The translations under genes and the position numbers were made by a program. Positions 1 through 15,155 of a DNA stretch of 64,000 nucleotides are shown here, piece by piece. Below the pieces are notes generated by a model, which saw only the letters and a list, made by a program, of their open reading frames with translations, made no database searches and was not told the origin of the DNA. Each line of letters starts with the position of its first letter. Positions within the stretch are counted from its first letter, which is position 1. Source of the DNA: the human T2T-CHM13v2.0 reference genome, Homo sapiens. The stretch lies in NCBI RefSeq assembly GCF_009914755.1, contig NC_060926.1. One strand, 5' to 3'.

Positions 1-648
1 TAAAAACTAATAATAATGATAATAAATAAAACACTGAAAAAATACCTAAATCTATTAAGCGTGCTTTGCCTGCTCTCTGTTCTCATTCCAGGGTGTGTAT
101 TTCCTCCCATGGACAATTTTTTGGCACCTTAAGTATTACTTGGATTCACTACAGTCACTTTCTTTTATTCAAAATAAGACAAATTAGGTTCCCACATGGC
201 TTCTTTTCATAAGTACATGATTAATTCTAACCATAGCAAGCTTAGATAAGTGTTAACTGCCCCCATGGTAGGGACAAATTATCTTCATTCCCTTCTGCTC
301 CAACTCATTCATGTATGGTTAATTCAAATTAAGAATTGATTATTATCCTAACCTAGGCTCTTACTTTCAGAAATGTAGTGTACAAATGTAAATTAATGGA
401 ACTGATAACCAATTCTTCCCTTATACGTATACTTCTGAGTCATAAATTAGCATTGTTTCCTGGCTTTGTCTTCTGTTTGTCATTGGATTCTTATTGAGTA
501 CAACGTTCTCTGAACTGAACTCATTAACACAATTTAAATTTTACATGCATTCCTTGGCAAAGATCGGGGGGAACAGACATTATGTTAATGGGTCAATAAT
601 GTGAGTGTCAGATTGGTTGAAAAATATACACTCAAAGGTCAAGAGGCA

Positions 649-1041
649 CGTATTGGTTTTTTAGGGCTGCCATAACAAAATACCACAGAATGGGTGGTTT
701 AAACAAACAGAAATTTATTTTCTCACAGTTCTTGAGACCAGAAGTCCAAAATCAAGGGGAAAGTACGGCTGGTGTCTGGTAAAAGCTCTCTCCATGGATG
801 GCACATGAATATTATCTCCCTGTGTGTTCACATGACCTCTTCTTTATGCATAGAGGGAAAGTGAGCAAGCCCTGTGTTGTCTATTCTTATAAGAACACAA
901 ATCCTATGGGATCAGGGTTCCATTTGTATGACCACAGTTAACCTTCATTTTCCCCTTAGACTCTAACTTCATATATGGCCACACTGGAAGTTAAATCTTC
1001 CACATATGCATTTTAGGACAACAAACATTCAGTCTATGACA
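649..1041 (-). mobile_element. MaLR solo LTR, MLT1A/B-like
   Basis: Typical MLT1 ends (agggctgccataacaaaataccacaga ... acaaacattcagtctatgaca). Perfect 5-bp TSD AGGCA at 644-648 and 1042-1046. Confidence 0.85.
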
Positions 1042-1213
1042 AGGCAGGAAAGACACACTTTTCTTTGTCTCTCTTACAATCAAAACAAGAGTTTGTTTGG
1101 TAATGGCTTTTATTTTCTTTTGTAGGTCTCTACCTAATACAAAAAAATCTATTTTCAACCTTTTTATTATTTTGCAAGAATTGTAGATAGTAATTCAATT
1201 AAGTCTAAAATAA

Positions 1214-1584
1214 TATCTTAGTTAGTTCAGGCTGCCATAACAAAGTATGGTGAACTAGGTGGCTTATACACAACAGACGTTTATTCCTCTCAGTTCTGGG
1301 GGCTAGAAGTCTGATATCAGAGGACATGGCCAGCCTTATTGGGTTCTGGCAAGCACCCTCTTCCAGGTTGTCGGCTGCCAACTTCTCTTTACGTTCTTAC
1401 ATGGGGGAAGGAGGGCTAGAGTGCTTTTTGCTGTCCCCTTTATACAGATACTAATGCCATCCATGAGTGCTGCACCCTCATGACCTAAGTACCTCACAAA
1501 GGCTACAACTCCTAATACCAACACATGGGGTTTAGGATATCAAAATGTGAATCTGGGAAAGTCACAAGCATTCAGTTCATAACA
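1214..1584 (-). mobile_element. MaLR solo LTR, MLT1A0-like
   Basis: caggctgccataacaaagta ... aagcattcagttcataaca. Perfect 5-bp TSD AATAA at 1209-1213 and 1585-1589. Confidence 0.85.
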
Positions 1585-2786
1585 AATAACATGATTACAC
1601 CAGACCAGAAATGATCCACATTGGTAACAGAAACAAAAGCTGACCAAAAGTGAGCATTTTTACTTTGAGGAAAATATTGCTTGTCTTGTGTTTGCACTTG
1701 TGACATTCATCCTTGTACTAGACCAACAGGAAGGACATTTTCTACATAAAGTATTTTTACATGTAACTTATGGAGTAATTTGTGTAAGGTTAGCAGTTTG
1801 GCAGTTGAACGTTGAAGAACACTAAAGGAAATATCCTTTAGTAAAATGCAGCAATTAAAGAAACAGGTTCATTTGTATGTGAAGCAATTGCTGAGAAGTA
1901 CAAGGTTATTTTGCTTAAAAAATAGCAAAATACCAAAATATATCAAGTTATTGTAAACTTTCTCTCTTTTTCACATTTACCCATGGTAACACACACGCAA
2001 AAATCCTGAACTTTTAAAAAGAAATCCCCTGTAAAGGTGTATTTAAAAATAGGTTATAGAAGCACCAGGGATCTTACCGTAAATCTAAATTTGGTAAACA
2101 AGATATGAATATATAAGCCAGAATTATAACAATGAAATTACATAGGAGAGGATGAATATGAAATACATTTAGAAAACCCATTATAGGCATAGGATTCAAT
2201 GACTATGTACTACTGAGCCAACCTGTTAAATGGAGTAATTTTTAGTTTTCTTTAAATATAGTTTTTTTAAAAAACTCCCTCAAGTTTATAATGAAGAATG
2301 AATGAGATAATACATGCAATGATGCCTTCAACCATTGTAAAGTACATACATTTTTTATTTTTTAATGATATTTGAAAATGAGCCTTATAGAGCCACAAGG
2401 GAGGGAGATATTAAATGTAACTTCATAATTATTTTATTATAGTTGTAATATGTGTCTCAAAGTAAAATGATATACTGTTGTAGCAGTTTATAAATAGGGT
2501 ACTTGGTTTAGCTGAGGGAATTTATTGTTAAGTAGTTAATATAAACACAGAATTTTGCTACAATTATAGTTAAAATAACTGGCAGTATAATTCAGTTTTT
2601 CTTCTTGATTCTCCTTACAGCATAAAGAGAATACAGGCATGTTTTCATGTTTCTCAAGATTTCTGGTGTAAAACTTTCCAAAACATCTTTATTGACAAAA
2701 ATACAATCTTTTTAAGATAATATTCACATATAAAAATACCGTGGAGTAAAAGAGATTGTTTAATTTTGAGCTCCAATACTCTGATA

Positions 2787-2848
2787 AACCTCAATTTCTA
2801 CCATATATTTAGTTATTAACCTCAATTTCTACCATATATTTAGTCATT
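2787..2848. repeat. 31-bp tandem duplication
   Basis: aacctcaatttctaccatatatttagt(t/c)att x2, 1 mismatch. Confidence 0.95.
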
Positions 2849-5800
2849 TTACTTATTTTACCATGAGTTTTTATTATACAAATAATGGAAAAATGTGCAT
2901 TTGTTTGCTTATTTGTGATATAGAAAAAAGTCTGATGTATAGTCGCATTTCCAGACTTCATTAAAAATTCAAGCTTCTCATTTCCCTCAGCATAGGCTGC
3001 TTCTCATACAGAAGTCTGTAGTAGGGTGAAGAAGCATGATCACTTTTCTTCTGCACACCAGTGTTGCTTTTCTTCTAGGCCTCAGCTCACTCCTAGTACT
3101 TCAGCCTCATTTTCTTTTTCTCCCATGGTTGAAGTGTGGAGGAACAGAAAGGAGATAAATCAGGAAATGATTTATTTTATTGACATTAATATGTTTCTGC
3201 TTTTTTAATAGACAATGAAGATGTTTGGAGCTCAATTCTACTAGGGTTGAATTCGTGAGGTTTTTGGAGACTCTCCCTTAACATAGATAATTCGTCTGTA
3301 GATTTCTTAACACTTCTATTCTCCATCTGGGGTCTTAGCTCTTTGTTCTCAATTTCTGGTTTGCAACAATAGACCCAACACAGATGTTCTCTTCTGGTGC
3401 TTCATCAGCTAACTGTCTTAGACAAAGTCCCTTTAAAATAGCTCCAGGTAAATTCTCTTTGCTACATAGATCTAAAGGGAATATATTCTGACATTATTTG
3501 CCCAGAAATCTCTGAAGTGAAGCTTGTTTCCTAGATAGCCATCTCCCCTCAGTCAATCAGATGGTTAGCCAATCATCTTCGCAGGCTTTCAGGCTTCTCA
3601 GCCATGAGTATGGAACCAGCCATTGTGCTCCCTTTCCCCTAAGATGTCAAAGAAAACAGTCCAAGATCCCTTTATGATCTTCTGAACCTTTTCTTACTGT
3701 GTTAAAAACAAGATTGAAGCATCATCCTCTATTATGACTGCTATGAAAAGGGTCAGACTCACACTGTACTAGCAATGTCTTCCAAAAAAAATCCTCCCCA
3801 TCTGATTTTTCAAAACTACTGCCTTTATACACTCAAAGGAGATAACCTAAATAATTGACAATTAATTTTTCACCACCTCTTTTCTCATCCCTTCCCAAGT
3901 CATCTGACAACTCATAGATGTTGGGGATCATAACATGAGACATCTGATATTGAGTCAGTAACAATCCCATTTGGTGTCCTAGTACAAAAATACAAAAAAT
4001 CATAAGCAAAATGACAAGAGTACCATAGACAATGCTGACAAAGTCTTTAAATCATTTGCAATACTTTCTTAAATTAGCTCATTATTAATTTCCTGCCAGG
4101 AAATCATTGCCCTAAACAATGTATGTAATTCTGATATATGTCATTATTAACTCTATTTTGCTGACAGCTGAATGAATGGGTGATTTTTTTTCTTATTTTA
4201 GGACATAGGGAACTGTTTTAAACATTTATTTTGAAATAAAATGCACTGTATAATTATGTATAAAATGCATCATTCATTTCAGAATTAGTTTATCTTTTCA
4301 AGAGTTTTCTTGGGCTGCACAATTGATCATACATTTTTCATACTATTTTAGATTTGTACATTTTTGAATTTTGGTATAATTTAGTTCCAACTGTGTTAGA
4401 AAATGAATACCAAATACTATCTGGAGGCAAACTGAGGGGAAAAGTGCTTTATCTGATAAACTGAAATGTTAGGTCATTAATCATATACTTCCTCATCATA
4501 TATTTTATCCCCAAGACAGATTATTTGCATTCAAGTCATACAAGGAGGCTTATAAGTCACAGCCGTATCTAAAGTGAGAAACCTGGGGATATTTAATATT
4601 CTTTAAGTCTTCATTCTAACCTCCTAGTTTTCTTTTATACATTCAAGAGGCTATAAAATTAGAAACAAACAAATAAACAAAATAACACTTTCTCAACTCC
4701 TTTGAAGCTAAGATTCTTCAGGTAGATGTACTCACATAAAACTTGCAGGCAGAAGAAAGAAATATGATCAAACGGGTTGGTGAAGAAGTTTTGGTCTTTT
4801 GGCTCTTTCTCTTCTGAAACCTCTGATAGATATTTTATACAGAATTATACAGTACATTATATTTCAAAATGAATGTTTTAAATGGATCTCTGTGTCCTGA
4901 AATAAGAAAAAAATTTCCATTCATTTAGCTGTCAGTGAAATAAAGTTAATAATGACTTATATACCATAATGACTTATCAGAGGTGACTACTTCCAGGTGG
5001 TTGCAAAACAAGTTTTATAACAATGGCACCAGTGTTTCTTCTGGCCATTTTCTGCCACACATAATCCAAGTCTTATTCTCTTGTCTATATATTTTAGTAA
5101 ATTATTATTTTCTTAAACTAGCAAGAATGTATTCTATGTTGTCCAGCTAAGATAGCAGGGAGCAATGAAGACATTAGAGGCCTAGTACGATACAAATAAA
5201 GAAGTGATGGTTTCTGACTTGAATGGGCTTGAGGACTGTGCAATTCTAGTTAGAAGTTGAGAAGATTTGGTAAAGATTTTTTTTTTTTTTTATGTCGCCA
5301 AAGAAGATGGGTGGAAAGTTGTAAACCTTCTCTAGACATACAGGATACTATTATTTGACAGTTTAAGGGCCATAGGAAATTCAAGACTATGGAAAGGGCT
5401 GATTCCTTCTAATTAGGAAAGATGATAAAATGAAAATTTAAAGATTTGAAAAGACCAATGCAAGGCTTTGTCAGAGAATCAAGAAGCTTCTTTTATTTTT
5501 TTAAGTGCCATATATATATATTGCAGCAGCTCTGATTAATGAAAATTGGGTTTAAAATTTACATCCTTGCCAAGAGAAATATATAACTTTCTTTAGAAGA
5601 ATGTGGAAACCTTGAGAGAATTTGGGTGACTCTAAGTAATGAGAACTTAATCCCACTAAAACTTCCTTGCCAGCAGAAGTAGTACATTTTTTCACCTCTT
5701 GATATATTGAGGGTGTTTCTTCCTTTTATAAAAGCACAGAAGAGCTTCAGCAAAAACAGTACTAAGAGGGAAGTTTATAGTAATAAATGTCTACATTTAA

Positions 5801-7254
5801 GAAAGATCTGAAATAAACAACTATAAGAAACTAAAAAAAGAACAAGTTACAAGCAAAATTAACAAAAGGAAGGAAATAATAAAGACCAGAACAGAAATAA
5901 ACAAAATGGAGAATACAAAAACAATAGGAAAAAACCCCAGTAAAACAAAGAGTTGGTTCTCTGAAAGATGTGATTGAAAACCCCTTAACCAGTGGGAGAA
6001 AAAAAAAGAGAGAAGGCTGAAATAAAAGCAGAAACATAAGAGTAGTCATAATAAAGATGCCACAGGAATAAAAAGATAAGAAACTACCATGAAAATTACT
6101 TATTAGCAAATGGGACAACCTAGAATAAATGAACAAATTCCTAGAACCATAAAACCTGTCAAGCGTGAATCAAGAAGAAATAGAAAGCCTGAACAGACGA
6201 ATAATAATAAAAAAAAAAGTCAGTAATTCAAAACCTCTCAAAAAAGAATAGCCCAGGGCAAGATGACTTCACAGGTGAATTCTAAAAAATACTGAAAGTA
6301 TAATTAATGCCAAACCTTTGTATACTCTTCCCTCAAATAGAAGAAGATGGAATATATCCAAACTCATTTTATTAGGCAAGCATCACCCTAATAACAACAC
6401 AAAGCAAAGACGACACAACAAAATAAAAGTACAGGCAAATACTCCTGATGAATATAGATGCAAAAATCCTCAACAAAATATTAGCAAACTGAATCCAATA
6501 GCACAATAAAAAGACCATACATCATGGCCAAGTAGGATTTACCCCTCCAACGCAAGGGCTGTTTAATATACACAAATCAATTAATAACTACACTACATTA
6601 ACAGAAAGAAGGATTAAAATCACACAATCGTCTCAACAGAGAGAAAAAATGTTAGAAAAAATTTAAGACAATGTTGTGATTAAAAACTTTCAATAAATTA
6701 GGTATAGAAAAAACTTACAACACAATAAAGGTCATATATGAAATGCCCACAGTTCACATTATAGGCAATGGTGAAAAATTAAAAACTTTTTCTGTAAGAC
6801 CTGGAATTAGGCAAGGTTGTTTATGCTTGCTACTTCTATTTAACATGGCACTAAAAGTCCTAGCCAAAGAAATTAGGCAAGAAAAAGAAATAAAAGGCAT
6901 TCAAATTACAAAGGGAGATGTAAAATTATCTATATTCATAAATGACATAATATTACATGTAGAAAACCCTAAAGTGCCACCTCACATTGTTAAAACTAAT
7001 GAATTTAGTAAAATGTAGGCTACACAATCAGTTGTATTTCTATACACTAACAAGAAACTGTCTGGAAAAGAAATCAAGACAATAATCCCATTTACAATAG
7101 CATCAAAAAGAAGAAAATACTCAGGAATAAAGTTAACCAATGGGGAGAAAGGCTTGTACACTGAATACCATAAAACAAAGAAAGAGTTTAAAGCAGACAC
7201 ATGTAAATGAAAAGATATCTTGTGTTCATTGGTTAGAAAAATTAAAATTGTGGG

Positions 7255-7579
<325 letters not shown>

Positions 7580-7674
7580 AGAAAAATTAAAATTGTGACA
7601 GTGCCTTTAATACCGAAAGCAATCTACAGATTCATTGCAATCCCTATCAAAATACCAATGACATTTTCCCACAG

Positions 7675-7790
7675 ATATATATATATATGAAATATATACA
7701 TATTTATTATTGAATATATGATATTAAATGTATTTGTATATTTGATATTTTAATTTAATATATTAAAAAAATATGTATACATATACATGT
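7675..7790. repeat. AT-rich (TA)n-like low-complexity expansion inside L1
   Basis: atatatatatatatgaaatatatacatatttattattgaatatatg... Confidence 0.8.
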
Positions 7791-8597
7791 GTCTTAAAGT
7801 TTATATGGAAACACAAACGTTGCTAGAGAGCCAAAGGAATTTTGAGCAAGAAAAATCCTGGAGGCATCTTAGTTTCTAATTGCGGAATATATTACAAATG
7901 GCATAAAATCAGACATATAGATCAATGGAACAAAATAGAGAATCTAGAAATAAATCCACACATAGTCCGTCAACTGATTTTTGACACGGGTGCGAAGAAT
8001 ACACAATGGGGAAAGAATAGTCTTTTCAAAAAATCATGGTGGGAAAACTGGAAATAGACAAAGAAGTGAAAAATACATTTGAACCTTTATTTTAAACCAC
8101 ACACAAAAATAAACTCAGAACAGACTACATATTTAAATATCAGATCTGAAACCATAAAACTCCTAAAATAAAACATAGGGGAAGACCTTGGCCTTGGCTT
8201 TGGCTATGATTTCATGAATATGACACCAAAAGCACAAGCAACATAAGTAAAAAGATACAAGTGGGATTACATAAAACTAAATGGTTTCTGCAGCGCAAAG
8301 GAAACAATCAACAAAATGAAAAAAACAATCTAAAAATTGGAAGAAATATTTGCAAATGATTTTTCCAATAAAGGGTATTTATTTCTCTTGCTTGCCAAAT
8401 GTGACCCTAACTCTTTGGTCACTGTGAAATTTAAATCAGAATCTCAAAGAGATATCTGCACTCCCATGTCCATTGCAGCATTATTTACAATAGCCAAGAT
8501 GTGGGGGCAACCTAAGAGTCCATCAAATGATAAATGGATAAAGAAAATGTGCTATATACAGAAAATGGAGTATTATTCACCTTTAAAAAATGTTGCC

Positions 8598-9009
<412 letters not shown>

Positions 9010-12000
9010 CTAAAGTAGTGAAACTCAGAAACAGAGTGGAATGGTGGTTGCCAGGGGATAGCGGGGGAGTGTCAGAATGGAAAGTACTGGTCAAATGCTA
9101 CATAGTTTCGGTTATGCAAGACGAACAGATTCTAAAGCTCTAATGTACTGCATAGTGCCTATAGTTTACAATCCTGAATTCTATACCTAAAAATTTCTGA
9201 GAGGACAGATCTGATGCTATGTTCTTATCACAAAAAAAGAGTAACTTTTGCAGGCAATGGATATGTTTATGGCATTGATTGTGATGGTTTCATGGGTATA
9301 TATTATCTGCAAACTAATCAAGTTATATACATTAAATATGTACGCTTTTAAATGTTAATCATACCTCTATGAAGCAATTTAATTAAAAATATCAGAGAAG
9401 GTCATTTTCACAATTCCACTATGGAGTTTCCAGGACCACAACTATAAAAATATCTTGAATAGATGTGAAGAGCCCTGATCTTATCAATTTGAATTACCTC
9501 CACTTCATTTCCACCTTAGTTTATATTTATACTCAAGGGCAGTTGTCATTGTATGAGGGTCAAGGGAAAGGAAAAAGAAAAAGAAAAATACACTCCTGAA
9601 GGGTTCCCATTCAAAAGGAATGCCATTTCTCCTGATGACTCTCTTCTTTCCTCCTCCAGAGCCTCTAGATCAATGCTTAGCGCCAGATTTCCACAGCTCC
9701 ACTGCATCAATAACTTCAAAAACAAAGATCATAAAATAAAGAAATTCAACACTGCTAATTTAAAGCAGTAAGACTCTGAGAAATGTCTATGAAACCCTAT
9801 ACAGTTTGTGTTAGATAAATACAGGGAGGTAATTTTAAATTATACTAAATATATTGATATAAATGAACTGAAGAGAGATTTTTTTTTCAGTCAATATGCT
9901 AGTTCAAGCAGCTATAAATGGTGTAACTGGGTTTTTTTTAGATTTATGTTTTGATTAGTGTGCCTATAACCTTCATTCAGTAATGCCTATGGTAAATGAA
10001 GTTAAGATCTCAGAAATCCTTCAGTTTGATATAGCAAAATAATCTAAATATTTATGACAATGGTGTAAAATTAAACAGGTTCTTTAGACCTGCTCAGTTA
10101 CTATCTAAATGCATTCCAGAAGAAGACATAGAACATGGTTTATTTATCCAAGGTATTTTGGAAAAAAAAATCTTTTGAAGAGAGATTCAGCATATTTGAA
10201 AAATGCTATAGTGTTTTTCTCTCTGCAATTTGAGAATGACAGTGGAATATGCTGCCTTTGAAGTGAAATTATTGATTTTCTTGGTAGTGTTGACACTCTA
10301 GTGTGACAAAAGCCAGGTAGCAACATGTCAACTGCAAAGGAAAGTTGTCATTAAGGGTAAGGTAAGTAATGAGAGTGATGTGATCAGCAGGGATGTTTTT
10401 GTCATGACTAATTGAAATTGTGGGTTTTAAAAACCAAAAGCGATGAACAACCCATTAAGTCCTGTTCTGTCTATATAGCAGAAAAACAAACAAACAAGAA
10501 AATCAACTATAAAACTGGTGAATGAAGGCCAGACATGAGACACAATGAGAGTCATGCTCTTTCACCTAATTCTAAGACTTGGTAGCATTAGACACATTGA
10601 CACTATGCCTCTATCGGCATCATGTTTACCTTGTGTAAGAATTCTCTGGGTAAAAAAAAATGAAAGCCATAAGATGTTTCTTCGAAAAGGGCATCACATT
10701 GTCATAAAAATGTAATTTCTAGAAAAAAATCAGATGCATCTAGTCGTTCTCTATTTTTTCATCTCCCATTAAATTGGTTGTTGCCATTGCTGTCTTAATT
10801 TTCCTTCTCTCTGCTACTCTGCTGTGGATTTATAACACCTCCCCTGTCAGCTTCTGATATCTAGTAGCATTTATTTCACTTCCTTGCCAAATGTGACCCT
10901 AACTCTGTGGTCACAAACTGAATGTACCACCTATCCTCTGCCTTCTGGTAAAATGTCTGCTTGTTCCAAGTTTTCATATTTCTGAAATATATATGCACTT
11001 GTTTTATTCCCAGTGAAATTTTTGAAGGGCTTTCATTACATGACTTGAGAAGTATTTTCATGGGAAATATTGTTTAAAATGTTGATGAAAAATGTGGTGT
11101 AGAAGACATTAAATATACACCTTTCATGTCACTTTGCTTGGAATTTGACATATATAAATATATCCAAAAACACTGAGAGACTTGTTTTTCCCTGTTGTTT
11201 CTCATGATCTTCTCTTTGTTCAAATTTATAAAATGTGTTTTTTTAATTGTAAAAGTCATATAAGTAAAATTTGGAAGATATGGAAAAGTACAAAGCCAAA
11301 ATCTATATATATTTTAAAAGAGTGTGTAAACTGTTTATTTCTCTAATGTAATTATTACATGCATATATAATATAAAGGTATATACATATACATATATACA
11401 AATATATATATTATGTAAGCAAGTAAAAATTACACTTTACATGTAGTATTATATGTGTTATTGGCCTTTTAAACTTAATATTTTCATTTTATTATATATT
11501 CTTTGAAAACCAAATTATTAGTGAGCACCTTGTTTCTCCCAAGACCTGGAGCGAACCTGGGGAGAAGCCAGGAGACAATGGAGGGAAAACACTCCAAGAA
11601 AATCTGCAGGCATTTTTCACAGATGTGGGACTGAAGGAAGGATGCCATTTTCAATTCAGGCTCATGACAAAGTCAGTCAGTGTTTGACAACCCAGCTGTA
11701 GTGGCCACCGTAGATATTTTAATCTCTGCCCAGAAATTGGAGTGCTTGTTCTGTAGTGGGGGAAGAGCCCCCCACAGCCAGAACTGAGTGGCTGTTGCAG
11801 TGCACCCCCAGAGTAAGTGCTAAAATTGTGCTATCTCCTGTCACTGGACTGGAGTGGGAGGACAGTTGCTGAAGCCATGGTTTATCTTGGGCAGGGTGAT
11901 TTGTGGCCAGGAGAAACAGCTTTGTGGCATAGGGACCATCTGCATATGTCATTACTGGATGCCCCAGCCTGTTATCCTAGTTAGTCAGAAGACTGTTCAC

Positions 12001-12118
12001 CACCAATACTGAGGAGTGGGAGGGAGGTGGATCCCATTTGTGCTCACTTAGATGGGAGCGTGAGCCACATCTTTATTCCCTTGCAAATAACTTAATCTAG
12101 TGTCACCCCCGCTGCTCG

Positions 12119-12850
12119 ATGCCTGGGCACATTTCCAGGCATTCAGAGCACTTGCTTCCCTGAAATAGGGGCCTGAGCTGCCCTTCCCTTCCCCTGCAAA
12201 GACCTAGTTGTAGCAGCAGTTCCTCTGCTCTGCAGCAGCTACTCTACTTCTTGCCGGGTGACATATTTCCAGGCAACTGGCATACCTGCTCACCTGGATT
12301 AGGTGACTGAATTGCCCTTTCCTTCCTGCGAAGAGATCTTAGTGCAGTGGCACCCTGTCTGCTCTATGCCCCGGCATAATTCCAACCATTCAGTCCACTA
12401 TCTTGACTGGATTAGAAGCCTGTGTCATCCCTCTCTCCAGGTCGGAAATCTTGGTACAGTGGCGCCCTCTTCCATCCACACTCAGGCATAATTCCAGGCA
12501 TTCAGCACAGCTGCTTGCTTGGATTAGAATCTGAGCCTCTCCTCCCTTTCTGTGCATAGATTTTGGTGCTGCAGTACCATCTCTGCTCCACACCCAGGCG
12601 TACTTCCAAGCATTTAATGTACTCACTTGCCTGGAGGAAAAGCCTGGGCTGACTCTCCCTTTTCATGTGGAGATCTGGATACATTGGAACCCCCTCTGCT
12701 CCATGCCCAGACATATATCCGGGCATTTGGAACACTCACTCTTCTAGATTATGAATTCAGGCTGCCCCTCCCTTCCTGGAGAGCCAACTTGGGACAGTGG
12801 AGTTATCTCCACTCTACACCTTGGCACTTGTCTGGGCACTTGGCAGCTGC
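12119..12850 (+). repeat. Diverged ~112-bp monomer array (about 7 units) in the L1 5'UTR
   Basis: Anchor cata(t/a)ttccaggcatt recurs at ~12133, 12267, 12380, 12492, 12604, 12717, 12830. Confidence 0.85.
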
Positions 12851-14602
12851 CCATCAGATACCCACCCCTTGGAGCTGGTGTTTGCACCTGCCATTGGGTG
12901 ACATGTAGGCGAGCCTGCTTGGCATAGCCCCATTCAGCTTGGTTCCCCACTCCAGGGCTAAGCTGGGAACTGAGACTACTATCCATTTCACAGGACACAC
13001 CATTGGCTGAGGCAACAGTGAGCTTCTCAAGGTTAACAAAGATCATGCATAGGGAGATATGTGTTGACTGCAGCCAGATCCAACCCATATTGCCACCTAC
13101 TGGTGTAGACATCAAGCTGCACAACCAAACAAAAAATCTGACACCAGTGCACAGCACTAGGGAATGAGATAAGCTTCCTGAGACCTCCCCATTCTGACTC
13201 CACAGGAGGCAGTGAGCACACTCACATGTCCAGCAAATTGCTACTACAACTAGCATTTAAGAAAGTCACCATACAAAAGATATCTATAACCAAGAAACTT
13301 ACATAGTCTTTGCCACTAAAGCACCTGGAACCAAAGCCAAAAAACTCTACACAATGCATATTATAGCCACACCCTCAAGGGGGAAAATCTTACTCAAATG
13401 AAAGCAAATCCAAAAATGAGAAGAGGAGATAGCTGATCAGATAAGAAGGAACCAGAGAGATAATCCTGGAAGAATGAAAACACAGAGTGTTAAAACACTA
13501 ACTGCCCAGCAATGGATCCTAATTAAAATGAAATCTTTGAAATACCAAATAAAGAATTCAAAATGTTTATTTTAAAGAAATTTAATGAGACCCAAAAGAA
13601 AATTGAAAGCCAATACAAATAAATCATAAAACAATTCAGAATATGAAAGAAGAGACATATATGGTTTTATAAAACTTCTGAAAAAAAGATGTGTTGACAG
13701 AATTACAAAATATAGCTGTAAGCTTTAACAATAGGCTAGTATAAGCAAAATAAAAGATTTTAGAACTAGATGGCAGGTCTTTCAAATTAACCTATTTGAA
13801 CAAAAATTCAAAAGAGATTTTAAAAAAAGCTTTTGATAAATATTGGATTATGTAAAGCCTTCAAAACTATAAGTAGTAACTATTCCAGAGATAACAGAAA
13901 AATTGTAAAATAAAACATATGGAAAATATATTCTAGGGAATAATTGAGAAAAACTTTTCTGGTCTTGTTAAAGTTCTAGACATCCAGATACAATATATTT
14001 AAAGAATTCTTGGGAGATACATTGCAAGAAGGAACTCATCAAGGAATATAGTCGTCAGACTATACAAAGTCAACAAGATAGAAAAAAATTCTAAAATGGG
14101 CAAGAGAGAAACATCTAATCACCTATGAAGGAAATACCATCAGACTAACAGCAGACATATCAGCAGAAACATTACAAATGAGAAGACATTAGGGTCCCAT
14201 TTACAGTCTTTTTAAAGAAGAAAAAGTGCAAGCCAAGAATTTTGTATCTTGCTAAACTAAGTTTCCTAAATGAAGGAAAAATAAAGTTGCTCCGAGTCAA
14301 GAAAACACCAAGGGAATTTGTCACCACTAGATCAGTCCTAAAAGAAATGCTCAAACGAGTTAAAAATGGAAATGGAAGGGGTATACTTGTCATCATAAAA
14401 ACGTGCAGGTCACATAAAGTAATTACACAATTGAGACTGCAAAGCAAATATGTAATAACATTATGGCAAGAAGAAAACCTCTCATATCAATATTAACTTT
14501 AAAGGTAAAGGGCTATATGCTCCACTTAAAATATGTCAGTTGGCAGAATGGATAAAAATATAAAAACTTTTTAAACATAAGCTGCATACAAAAAAACCCG
14601 CC

Positions 14603-14790
14603 TGATATGGTTTGGATCAGTGCCCCCACCAAATCTCATGTAGAATTGTAATCCTCAGTGTCAGAGCAGGGGCCTGGTGGGAGGTGATTTGATCATAGGG
14701 GTGGGTTCTCATAAATGGTTTAGCACCACCCACTTGGTACTGTTCTCATGATAGTGCGTTCTTGTGAGATTTAGTTGTTTAAGAGTGTGG
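14603..14790 (+). mobile_element. MST (MSTA/B-like) LTR, 5' half only
   Basis: Starts tgatatggtttggatc..ccccaccaaatctcatg..aattgtaatcc. Stops at an Alu. Confidence 0.85.
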
Positions 14791-14791
14791 C

Positions 14792-14900
14792 GGCCAGGTG
14801 TGGTGGCTATGCCAGTAATACCAGCACTTTGGGAGGCCAAGGTGGGCGGATCATGAGGTCAGGAGATTGAGACCATCCTGGCTAACATGGTGAAACCCCA
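14792..14900 (+). mobile_element. Alu left-arm fragment (AluY/Sc-type), 3' truncated
   Basis: ggccaggtgtggtggct...ggatcatgaggtcaggagattgagaccatcctggctaacatggtgaaacccca, then an abrupt switch to non-Alu sequence. Confidence 0.9.
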
Positions 14901-15155
14901 TTTAGGATTGTTTTACATAATTCTCTGAAGAATCACCTTGGTAGTTTGATAGGAATTGCATCGAACCTGTGGATCGCTTTGGGCAGTACAATTTAAAGAT
15001 ACTGATTCTTCTGATCCATGATCATGAGATACTTTTTCCACTAGTTTGTGTCATATATGATTTATTTAATCAATGTTTTGTAGTTCTCTTTGTAGAGATC
15101 TGTCATTTTCTTGGTTAAATATATTCCTAGGTATAATTTTTAGCAAATTTTAAAT
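14901..15155 (-). repeat. Inverted 255-bp copy of L1 ORF2 segment 15878-16130
   Basis: Reverse complement aligns to 15878-16130 with about 17 differences by hand count, and shares copy-specific oddities. Confidence 0.92.

Noticed and set aside
649-1584. Two co-oriented MLT1 LTRs 170 bp apart as one deleted provirus
   Set aside because: Each has its own perfect, different TSD (AGGCA, AATAA) and the LTRs differ, so they are independent solo LTRs.
12119-12850. Periodic repeat as a CRISPR-like array
   Set aside because: Whole units are homologous and diverged, there are no conserved repeats with unique spacers, and the context is a eukaryotic L1.
12303-13256. Cluster of overlapping ORFs up to 170 aa
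   Set aside because: A by-product of higher GC in the L1 5'UTR monomer array, with no recognisable protein motifs.
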